NCBI RefSeq assembly: GCF_009914755.1
Contig: NC_060925.1
Source: the human T2T-CHM13v2.0 reference genome, Homo sapiens
Strand: one strand, 5' to 3'
DNA length: 64,000 nt
The notes below the pieces were generated by a model. That model was not told the origin of the DNA and searched no databases. It saw nothing but the letters and a program-made list of their open reading frames with translations. Positions 54,268-64,000 of this stretch are shown piece after piece. The number at the start of each line of letters is the position of its first letter. Positions within the stretch are counted from its first letter, which is position 1. Both the position numbers and the translations under genes were made by a program.

Positions 54268-54815
54268 GCCAGAGGCAAAATGCTAAGATGATCCCTAAGG
54301 ATCCATACCTTTGTTAATTCCCTGCATCATGAGGTGAAGGAGTCTGTGAATATAACAGGATATCACTTCCATGGTTAGGTTATGTTATCTGGCATATTAC
54401 ATGACCTAATCACATGAGTCCTTGAAAGGGACAAGTTCCTCCCTGGAGAAAGAGATTTGAAGCATGAGGAGGATTTGATGTATGAGAAATTCTCCACTTT
54501 AGCCTTTGAACATGGAGTTGCCCATGTGACAAAGACAAGAGAACAGCCTCTCAGAGCTGTGTGCAACCCCAGAATACAGCCAGCAAGAAACCGAATTCTG
54601 CCAACAACCTGGATGAGCTTGGAAGAGGACCCTGAGCTGCAGATGAGAATGGAGTCAGCTGACACCTTGATTTCACACTTGCAAGACCTTGAGCAGAGAA
54701 CCCAGCCACACTGTGCCTAGACTTCTGACCTACAGAAATCATGAGATAATAAACAGATGTTGTTTTAAGCTGCTGTGTTTGTAGCAGTTTGTAACACATC
54801 AATAGAAGACAAAAC
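54268..54815 (+). mobile_element. MLT1E-like solo LTR
   Basis: AATTCTGCCAACAACCTGGATGAGCTTGGAAGAGGAC...GACTTCTGACCTACAGAA...GAGATAATAAA...TGTTTTAAGCTGC. Confidence 0.78.
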
Positions 54816-55259
54816 CCCGCCGCTCCCTGGGAAAAACATTAAGAAAGATCTTCAAGCGAAAGAAAGCATGAGAACATTCAGCATGGCTGAAGCACAGGGG
54901 TGGGTCAAGGAGTGAGAGTATGAGAAACTAGAGTGTAGGGGTAGGCAGGGTGTTCAACCAGCAAGGGGGTTCAGACTGATGCAGTTCAACAGACATTTAG
55001 TGAGGACCTTGGTGCCAGGCCTTGTGCCCCGACAGGCTGGAGTCCCAGAGATAAATAAGACCCAATTTCTGCTCTCAAAGGGTTCACATTCTGATGGAAA
55101 AAAAACTCAATGGAATTAGAAAATCACAATTGCAGCTCCATGAGGGAAGTCCTCTTTGCTTTCTTCATCTATATCCCAAGTGCCTAGAACAGTGTCTTGC
55201 CTATAGCAGATGACAATATTTCTTGAGTTGAATAAATATAAGTGATATTTCATCTGGGT

Positions 55260-55466
55260 CAGTGATTTTCAACCAGGGGCAATATTGTCACCCTGGGGCA
55301 ATGTCTTCAGACATTTTGGGAATGTCTTCAGACAACTGGGAAGGAGATACCAGCATGTGGTAGGTGGAGGTAAGGCATGCTGCCAAACATCCTGCAATGC
55401 GCAGGGGAGAGCCTCACTACAAAGAATTATTTGGTTCCAAATAGTGCCAAGATTGAGAAACCATGA
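55260..55466 (+). mobile_element. MER20 (hAT-Charlie)
   Basis: CAGTGATTTTCAACCAGGGGCAAT...TGCTGCCAAACATCCTGCAATGC...AAAGAATTAT...ATAGTGCCAAGATTGAGAAACCATG. Confidence 0.82.
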
Positions 55467-55736
55467 TCTAGACAATAGTGAGACCCAGTGAAACCCTTGT
55501 TCTCCCCAAAACAACCATAAAAACAGCTCTTTAATGCCTATTACTCCCAGTCTCCCTGTGTCTCCCATCTGGTTAGGGCTGCGTAAGCAATGAAATTCCC
55601 CTTTGTCAGATCCTCTTAGGGCTTCATGAAGTCCAGCTTTCTTTCACTGGCATTCTTCCTGCAAAACTATTACTGTCATTGTTTAGAGCCCAGTATCCTC
55701 TTATGATCAGTCCCCTGCTTTGGTGTGGGCGATACC

Positions 55737-56659
55737 AAGCAGTGTGCAAGTCAGTATTTAATAACCAGCTTTTGAAAAATTATGCATCTATTGAACTTAT
55801 GTATGTAAGTTTGTTAAAATTTAACTGATACAAAGGATGTGTAGCACACCATTTCATAAAATCATAAAATAAACAACAACACTTTATTTTAAATTCCATA
55901 TAGCCAATCGGTTCTCCAGAACACTTTAATTGACTTTTGCTGAGCTCTTGTATCTATAGCCAATCTAGGGAAGCAACTGGGAAATGAGTGTAGTTCTGAC
56001 ATGAATGTCGGCTGATATTTTCTTTTATATTAACAAGTAAGATGAAAGTGAAGCAACAATGGCATGCCAGAACTCCATTCGTTCATGAATGAGATGAGCG
56101 ACTGCTTTGCTGAACCAGATAACAGTTTTCAAATACTGGAAGAGTATTTTCTCAATTTTTATGCCATTTGCCATGTAACATTTCCAGACATGACAGGCTT
56201 TTAAGTTTAATCTGCATTATTACCATTTCTCTATCACTTTCTTAAGTCTAGACAATCAACAAAACAATAAAGCAAGCCCTGATTTGTAGCATTTTTTTCA
56301 TTTCCATGGTATAAATACACCCACCTTGGCTGACTTCAAGCTACCAATGTGATGTTACTGAACACCGAGTTGGGCAGAGCTGTGCAGTAACACACCATGA
56401 TGTAATATTTCCACCATACGGAGATAATAGATGCAAATAATCCCCAGAGCGTAGATAGTAGTAAAATGAAGTACAATAATTTGGAAATGATGAATTCTGA
56501 GTATTTATTACCTTTGTTTTTAATACAATTCATTTAATTACAGATTTAGAAAATTTAACTTTCAATAATGTTTGTGCTTTACAACTGGTTCACAAAATTC
56601 TGCAAATTTAACCATGAACTCCTGCAAGCCAGTATGAGCTGGTTCTAGCACATCACTGG
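55737..56659 (-). mobile_element. MER63 (hAT-Blackjack; C/D-like)
   Basis: TTAAGTTTAATCTGCATTA...CTTAAGTCTAGACAATCAACAAAACAATAAA...GCCAGTATGAGCTGGTTCTAGCACATCACTGG. Confidence 0.78.
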
Positions 56660-57679
56660 TTTATGCAGTGAGGCTTTGTGCTGATGGTCAAACGTACTCT
56701 CTAGTTGACAATTTGGACAAATTCGCTCTCAAGGAGTTGTCTTATTTTGGAGTTCTGGGAATTGTATATGAACTACACACACAAAGTGTGTATGCATTGA
56801 TCCCCTGAGAGTTTGTCCTGTCTATGCAGCATGTCTCCCACCCAACTGGCCTTATTAGTATTATTGGATGAAGGCACCTGATTTTTACCATCTGGTGGAG
56901 ACTGTTGACTTTTCGTTACCCTGCTCCATTTCTCTTTCAAGCAGCAGTAGTGGTGAGCAGGACAGGGGAGGAAATATGGATTCAGAAACCTTTAATTGAT
57001 TTACACTGGCCGCGACAATGCTTGCAGGAGAAACAGGCAGTAAGGTAACTTGCTCAAGACGTTCTCAAGCACACAGTCTCAGTGTATTCTTCTAAAATCA
57101 ATCGCCCCTCAGTGTCATCCCCATGTTATGTCACATTTTAGCCTTTTCTCAAACCCCTCCTATTTACACCCAACTTCTCTCTGAGTTGGAGCTAGCTTGA
57201 CTCCATTTTGTACTAGCCCCATTTGCAGGGGGTTTTTCCATTTCTGGTATATTTAACGGGAGGAGAGACAAGTGGAGTGGTGGCCACATAGGTTAGCCTT
57301 TGCAGGGTTCTCTTTTATGGACATGGAATCCAGCCATATCCATTGCTCACCTCACGTCCTGTGATCTCATGGAGGTGAACACTCACACCATCTCAGTTAT
57401 TTTGTCTGTTTCTTCCGACGACGCAATGAACTCTTTATGTTTTCTTGAATTCCCCAACTTAACTGATTTTTATTTCCACCAACTATGCATAAACACAAAT
57501 CACTCTTAAACATATTTAAGCCACATAATTATACCTTATCCACTATCAAACCTCTTACCAAATACACTTAATGCTTAACCTACAAATTCTCTCCTTCTAA
57601 TGCAATGCATTTCCCTCTAAGCCAGTTTTAGACCTTAAGGACTTTATTTGCTTTATGCTTTTTAACAAAGATGAATGAG

Positions 57680-58500
57680 TGTCCGTTCTGGGCTAATGGT
57701 GGGGGCTAGATCAGGAATAAGAAAGACAGACAGAGCCCCTCCTTTCAAAGAGCTTTTTATCTGATTGGGGAGAATGACATTAAGCAAACACACACACAAA
57801 TATAAAGTTTGAATGATGAAAAGCACGATAAAGGCAAGGAATGGGGGTCCTATGATGAGGGGATGTACTGGGAGCCAGGGAAGGCATTACTGAAAGAGTG
57901 ACATTTGAAATGAAGAATGAGAAGGACTGAGCCAGAGGAGGAGTAGGTGCAGAGCCCTCAGGGAAGAGGGCTCCAGGGACAGGGAGTCACCCATTCCAGG
58001 ACCCCAATAAGAGTAATGAGAGGTCTCTCTCCAATACAGGAATGGAGGAGGTGGGTGGTATGAGGTTAGGAGTGAGATTGAGATAAGTCCAGATGACAAT
58101 CAGGTAGACCTAGCTATAGCTTTTATTCTAACCTCAATAAAACATTGAAGTCTTCATAGAGGGGAGTGAGTGTTCCAATTCATTTTCTAGGCAGATCACT
58201 CTGGATGGAAGTTGGAAAGTGGATTGGGGAATTGGAGCAAAAGGGGAAGCCGAGTGATAGTTAGGAGGCAGTTGTAGTAGTCTGGAATAGACCAAATGGT
58301 GGTGTGAACTACGATGATCGCAGTGGAGAGGAACAGAAACAGACAGACTAGAGAAAATAGGAGATGGGAATGATTGAATACACCAGGAAAATTATCACAG
58401 TGAAGGGGATGAGTGAAAAGGAGGTGTCAAGGATGGAGCTCAGATTTACAGCTGGGTGGAAGGAGGGGTCATTCATTGGGAAGACTGTGCAGGCACCAGC
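57680..58500 (-). mobile_element. L2 fragment
   Basis: L2-like text: GTGACATTTGA...GATCACTCTGG...GGAGGTGTCAAGGATG. Confidence 0.6.
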
Positions 58501-58750
58501 TTAGAAGGACAGGGTATGACGTAGGGGACTGGCAGTTGCACAGGAAGGCAGGGTGAGAAACAAGATGACTTGAGCTACTGCCTTTCACCTCTCACCAGAG
58601 GTGAGGAACAGTTAGACAAAGTGGTAATTTTCTATTTATAAAATGTACTGGCTATTTTGCTCTCATCCTCTCTAATAACCAGCTAGTCCTCAGTCTCACT
58701 GTCTTTGGCCATGCATTTAACAATTCTGACCAAGTTCAAACACTCCAAGA

Positions 58751-59293
58751 CAGTGTTCTTTAAAGTGTTGGGCAGGTAGCACTAGTGGTCTACCAGATGA
58801 TTGCAAGTGGCATAGAAAAAGACTTCTCGATGCTATATGGATATGGCATCACATCACATTGAATCACACAGTGAGAAAGTAATTTCCTTTTCAATTCTTT
58901 CTTGGGCCTTCTGATTACATCAGGGAGAAAGGCTCAGTTTGGTGTTAGTATGTCTTAACACCTCTGTAACACTTGATAATCTCTCTTCTTAACAAAGAAA
59001 GAACAAGGCCACAGTCTCAGAGCATTTTTAGCAGGCCACAGTCTCTAGCTGGAATTTAATAATATGGTTTTGTTTTCAATGTAAAAAAAAATTTAACATT
59101 ACCTCCTATTCGTGGCAAGTGATATTGGTTTTTCATTTACAGCAGTGAAATAAATAAATAAATCTATTTTAAAATGAAGCTCCAAGTACAAAAAGAGAGT
59201 TGTGAAAAACACTATTTAAATAATAGTACACTTGGCACAGGAATATGGCAAGTATGATGGAGGAGGTCATACGGTCAAAGTCTGGAAAATATA
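58751..59293. mobile_element. hAT-Charlie element (MER113-like)
   Basis: CAGTGTTCTTTAAAGTGT start, AAAGTCTGGAAAATATAG end, ~540 bp; subfamily recalled with low certainty. Confidence 0.45.
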
Positions 59294-59721
59294 GCATGAC
59301 ACTGAAGTGGTCATTTGTTATTCATGCATCCACTCTTCCTTCTTGGGGCAAAATTTCCTAATCTGCTTCGGTGAATCATCTCTCCCCAACTCTCAGCCCA
59401 CAGGTTCCCAATAAAGTTGATTTTCCTCTGGGGCCCTAGGACATAGCACTGGAAGCTTGGCTAAGCTAATCAGCATATGCCATCATACCAGCCAGTGATT
59501 GGCTTATCCATGGGCACCTGACCCAAATTAGGCCAATCAAGTGCAGCTTGGATTTCAGCCCAGGCGGTTGGCTTTAGAGGCCATGCATCAAACCACTGTG
59601 TTCCCCTGCCTCCTGTATGCTATGTCCTTTGAGGTGAGATCTGAAGGGTGAATATCAGAATTAAATTAGTAGATGATGATGCCATGAGGCTGCTGGTGTA
59701 GTCAGGGCCCCGACCACATAG

Positions 59722-60336
59722 TGAGGCAGGAGAATAGGGTCTGGAGGCAGGGAACCTAAGGCCATTTCACGCTGACTTCCTAGAACTAAATTGAAAGGAA
59801 AACCCTAACTTTCCACATCTAAGTAACAAATGGACCAGAGGCTACTCCCTTAGCAAACCCCCACCTTTTCTGCCCGGCAGATGGGAAATTGAAGGTATCT
59901 CTGATTGGTTGCATAGGAGTGTAACTTTGTAACTTCACTACACTCAGATAGATTGTGGGCCAAGTCTTCGTTTGCATAGAAGTGCAACTTTGTAACTTGA
60001 CATTCAGATGTTTGCACAGGAGTGTGACCTTTGTAACTTCACTTCAGCCTCTGATTGGGGGCCACCGGTTCATTTACATGAGGTGAGCACCAAGTGGCTA
60101 ATGGGAAACCTCTAGGGGGCATTTGGACGGGAGAAGATTCTGTATCCCGGCCCTTGAGCCGCTGCTCTGGCTGGCTCCCACACTGTGGAGTGTACTACCA
60201 TTTTCAATAAATCCCTGCTTTCATTTTTTGTTGCTTCATTCTTTCCTTGCTTTACTATACATTTTGTCCAATTCTTTGATTAAAACACTAAGAACCTGGA
60301 CAACTTGCAGTCAAGAAAGACCCTCTACTGGTAACA
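59722..60336 (+). mobile_element. MER51 (ERV1) solo LTR, 615 bp
   Basis: TG...CA termini (TGAGGCAGGAGAATAGGGTCTGGAGGCAGGGAACCTAAGG ... CTGGTAACA); perfect 4-bp TSD ATAG (59718-59721, 60337-60340); CCAAT boxes; AATAAA at 60206. Confidence 0.9.
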
Positions 60337-61529
60337 ATAGGACCTTATAGACCGTGGTAAGAACCCCACTTGGAACTCTATCCCAACAGCAATGGGAAGC
60401 CTTTAAATGGTTTGTCAGCAGGAAGATGGTAGGCCTAGATTCTTATTTTTAAAGACCACCATGGTATATAAAGCACTTAGCATGGAGTCCAGCACCTAGT
60501 AAATGTGTTAAATTGGAGAATGTCCAGTGTCGGCAGGATACATAATTGGGGCTCAGTAAATGTGCATCCACATCCCCCTTCTCTTCTGCTTGTTCCTGAG
60601 GTTGCTTCTATCAGAAGGAGCCTCTCAGAGCCTCTGGGAAAGTAGTCTTAAGTAGGATGTTACCTTGCCCAAGGGCACTGAAGTTTAGCTGGAGCCTGCC
60701 AGCTAAGGGCAAAGGCAGGAAGCAAATGTTAGTGCTCTTGGAACTTTTAAACTTTGGTATCACTGAATTTATACAGTTAAAAAAAAGCAGACTCTGGAGT
60801 GAACAGTTAATGAGGCAAATGGAATTTAAAAATAAATAAATAAATAAGCAAAACCAGTGTTAAGGGAGAAGGTCTGAATTAATACGGATTGCTAGAGTCA
60901 GAAGAGCACTCTTTTTCTGGGTCATGGCCAATGGGCAGACAACACGTTTAGCCTGCAGGAAACAAGGTTCGTCTGCTTACCGTCCCTGTTTGCACGTGGG
61001 AATGAATGCACAGCTACAGGAGGAAGATGAAAGTGTAATTTGGAGATAGAAGTAGTCGAAGGAATTCAACTGAGAAATAACATCCTGGCACAAGCTTAAG
61101 ACATAAAAATAAAATCAATTTCACAAGACCCAGAAAGGCTGATTCTTCTTGTAAAGTGTCCCTGTAGAATCTCAACAAGCTTCAGCACCCCCGTCTTCTA
61201 GCCCCTCCCACCACCGTGCCTTTGCTCCAGCCTCAGTGGATTTTTGCAGTCCCTCAATCTCTCACCTATCTCTGTCCAGAGCAGGGATAGCTGTCAATCC
61301 TCCTGCTGCCCCCACTCTTTCCTAGGCTTTCTGGATCCAGAGGCTCACCCAGACCCACTGTACTGTGCAAATGCACCTCCTGGGTGACACCCACTGTTCC
61401 TGGCCTGTCACTGCCCTGAGCTTGGACTGGCTTTACCACCTCCCTTTGTACCTGGACTCCCTCCCATGTCAGGGTAGCATGGCTCAGTAATTAAGCACAA
61501 TCATTCTCAGGCTGAACAGCCAGACCTCG

Positions 61530-61795
61530 GGTATTGAGTAGTGGCTAAGGGAGCAGACTTTGGTGCAAGGTTGCTGGCTAATTTCTGGCTTCCCTACTTA
61601 CTATGTGTACTATCTTACATTGGTTGTTTAATCTCTGTCAGCCTCAGTTTTCTCACCTGCAAAATGGGGATGATAATACTACTTGCCTCACAGAGCTAGG
61701 AGGTTTATTAAATAAATTCATACATATTATGAACTGAGAGCAGCTTGTGACACCTAGTAAGCGCTCCATAAGTGTTAGATATTATTATTATTAGA
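61530..61795 (+). mobile_element. MIR
   Basis: GCCTCAGTTTTCTCACCTGCAAAATGGGGATGATAATAC...TAGTAAGCGCTCCATAAGTGTTAG and (ATT)n tail. Confidence 0.85.
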
Positions 61796-62258
61796 ACCCT
61801 TTCCCTACCATTTACCAGCTGTGAAACTGTGTGAGTGACTTAATCTAAGCTGGAGCTTCAAAACTACCCTCCTAGTCCCCCTACAGTAGCATATCCATTC
61901 CCATGAGCAAATAGGAATGCTTAGCAGACAAGCTTTGTGATCTATAGGCTCAGAGTGTTTTCTCTTTTTTTGGGCATAACCCAGATAATGACTATGCACC
62001 TGCATTTAGTAACCTGTGCCATTCAGTCACCTCTCTTCCTTGGGGATTCATCCATGGCTGCACCTTTTTACTTTGTTCCTTCTGCCTCCTTATCCCTCAA
62101 ACACGGAGGTTTCAAGACTTTTCTCTTTAAATGCAGAGCTTACTGACTTCTGAATATAAAGGCTCAGGCCATCTCCAGAAAGGAACTAATTGCAGGACAC
62201 AACACACAGGATGGCTGTGGGGAAGACAGAGGGTAATGTAGACAGCCTTGATGAACAG

Positions 62259-62622
62259 TGATATGGTTTGGTTGTGTCCCCACTCAAATCTTATCTTGAA
62301 TTGTAGTTCCCATAATTCCTAGGTGTTGTGGGAGGGACCCTGTAGGAGGCAATTGAATCATGGGGACAGGTCTTTCCTGTACTGTTCTCATGGTAGTGAA
62401 TAAGTTTCGTGAGATCTGATGGTTTTATGAATGGGAGTTCCCCTGCACAAGCTCTTTTGCCTGCTGCCATGTAAGACATGCCTTTGCTCTTCCTTTGTCT
62501 TCAGCTGTGATTGTGAGGCCTCCCCAGCCATGTGGAACTGTGAGTGCAGTAAACTGCTTTCCTTTATAAATTACCCAGGCTCGGATATGTCTTTATTAGC
62601 AATGTGAGAACTGACTAATACA
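62259..62622 (+). mobile_element. THE1B-like (MaLR) solo LTR, 364 bp
   Basis: TGATATGGTTTGGTTGTGTCCCCACTCAAATC ... GTGAGAACTGACTAATACA; 5-bp TSD AACAG/AATGG. Confidence 0.9.
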
Positions 62623-63164
62623 AATGGTCTCGGCTACCATCAAAACAAGAAACTTGATGTCCTGAATCCTTCATCTCCTTCACCTCCTACATCCGCATGA
62701 TCACCAAGTTCCACCAGTTCTTCCTTTCTGCTACTTCCTGAACATGACTCTCTCTCCACTTCTGATTCAGGACACCCTTATCTCTCATTTCCCTCACTGC
62801 CCAAGTCCCTGGACTGCTGGCTGTTTCTCCACTGGGGTATCACTTCTGTGACCCATCCTGCCCCACTGGCGGCCAATAGGACCTTCCCAAAAGAGAAACC
62901 TGACAATGTTCTGCCCCTTCTTAATACTGTTCCATGTTTTCTCATAGCCCTAGAGAATGCCCAGACTTCACTTAAGATGACTAACACCCCCACCTTTAAC
63001 ATCGAAAATGTTCCTAGACACTTCCTCAAACCTCAACCCATGACAGTAGCTGTACTTTTAGTAACTGTCAGTGGGGAAAATGCATAATGCCAACAAATGC
63101 TCTGACTTTTAAATATATTTGAATTTTAAAAATTATTGCAATATTTATTTACATTTTAAAATGG

Positions 63165-63195
63165 TATATATATATGTATATATATATATATATAT
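63165..63195. repeat. (TA)n microsatellite
   Basis: Read directly. Confidence 0.9.
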
Positions 63196-64000
63196 TTGCA
63201 GCATTTATTCACTCAGTGGAAAAGGCTCAGTGCACATAAGAATTTGAGGAATCCTTGTAAGTAACTTCATGGCCCTATGAAGGTCTTTGGGGGCTTACAA
63301 GTTGGAAATAATTGGCCTAGAACTTAAACTCTAAGCTTCTTATTCCTCCCAGCACTTGTAAAGAGCCTCTGTGAACACTACCCTCCCACATATATTCAAG
63401 CTCCAGCTGTGGAGATATCTTTTTTGTTTCTCCAGAGAGCACCAGAAGCTTCCACACCTTCAGAGGGTCTCTGCCCCCATCTTTCTCTCTGGTGAATTCC
63501 TACCCCTTTTTTGAGCCTCAACTCAAATGTCACCTCCTCTGATGAACCCAGCAGTTTAATACTTTTTCTGATAAACCAACAGTTTGCCACTTTTTCATCT
63601 GTAACAAAACTCAACTAGCACCAAAATTAATGTGTTGCAATTATATGTCTATATTTTTTCTCCCTTTAAAAGCTCCTTCTGGAATGATACATTGACCGCT
63701 TCATCATCTTTGTGCCCCATCCACTATGACAGCTTCTGCCATTAGTAGTTGCTTAATAAACATTGAGTCTAATGAGCAGATGAAGGAACAACCCCTAGAG
63801 AGATTTGATCTCCCCAGTATAGATGTGCTAATGGGAGAGGGCCAACTGACTGTCCAAAGTAAAGAATGTGTATTTACTTTAATATCATCTTGGGGGAGTA
63901 ACAAATGGTGGGTCCTTCATGCCCACCAGGAGGGTGGGTGGCATGGAGACAGTCTTTTCCAGGGAGACTATCAGAGGTGGATTTCCACTCTGCTTGTGAT

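Overview
Primate (almost certainly human, chr1p35.1) genomic DNA. It holds the complete coding sequence of the poorly characterised, testis-enriched gene C1orf94 on the + strand. I reconstructed seven coding exons from GT-AG splice sites: 1490-1809, 20922-21610, 24469-24729, 25781-25956, 31852-31929, 35905-36101 and 42383-42458. They total 1797 nt, i.e. 598 aa plus stop; exon 5 and the correct frame of exon 7 are absent from the ORF track. A CpG island/promoter precedes the gene (~380-1220), and a short 3' UTR ends at a probable non-canonical GATAAA signal (~42805). The rest is intron and ~21 kb of downstream intergenic DNA filled with ordinary mammalian repeats (Alu, MIR, L2, L3/CR1, L1/HAL1, MaLR and ERV1 solo LTRs, MER DNA transposons, microsatellites). 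Repeat subfamily names come from recalled consensus sequences, and their boundaries are approximate unless TSDs are quoted. I see no evidence of a new multi-gene system. The most unusual things are: (1) an old ~415-bp inverted duplication in intron 1, one arm of which later received an Alu; (2) a germ-cell-type regulatory signature (MYB/RFX/CRE motifs in the promoter; DAZL-like, CPE and non-canonical PAS motifs in the 3' UTR); (3) a Tyr/Gln/Pro-rich, nearly uncharged, prion-like C-terminal domain in the protein; (4) a four-layer nested transposon containing a 35-bp minisatellite; (5) a MER53 palindrome resembling miR-1302.
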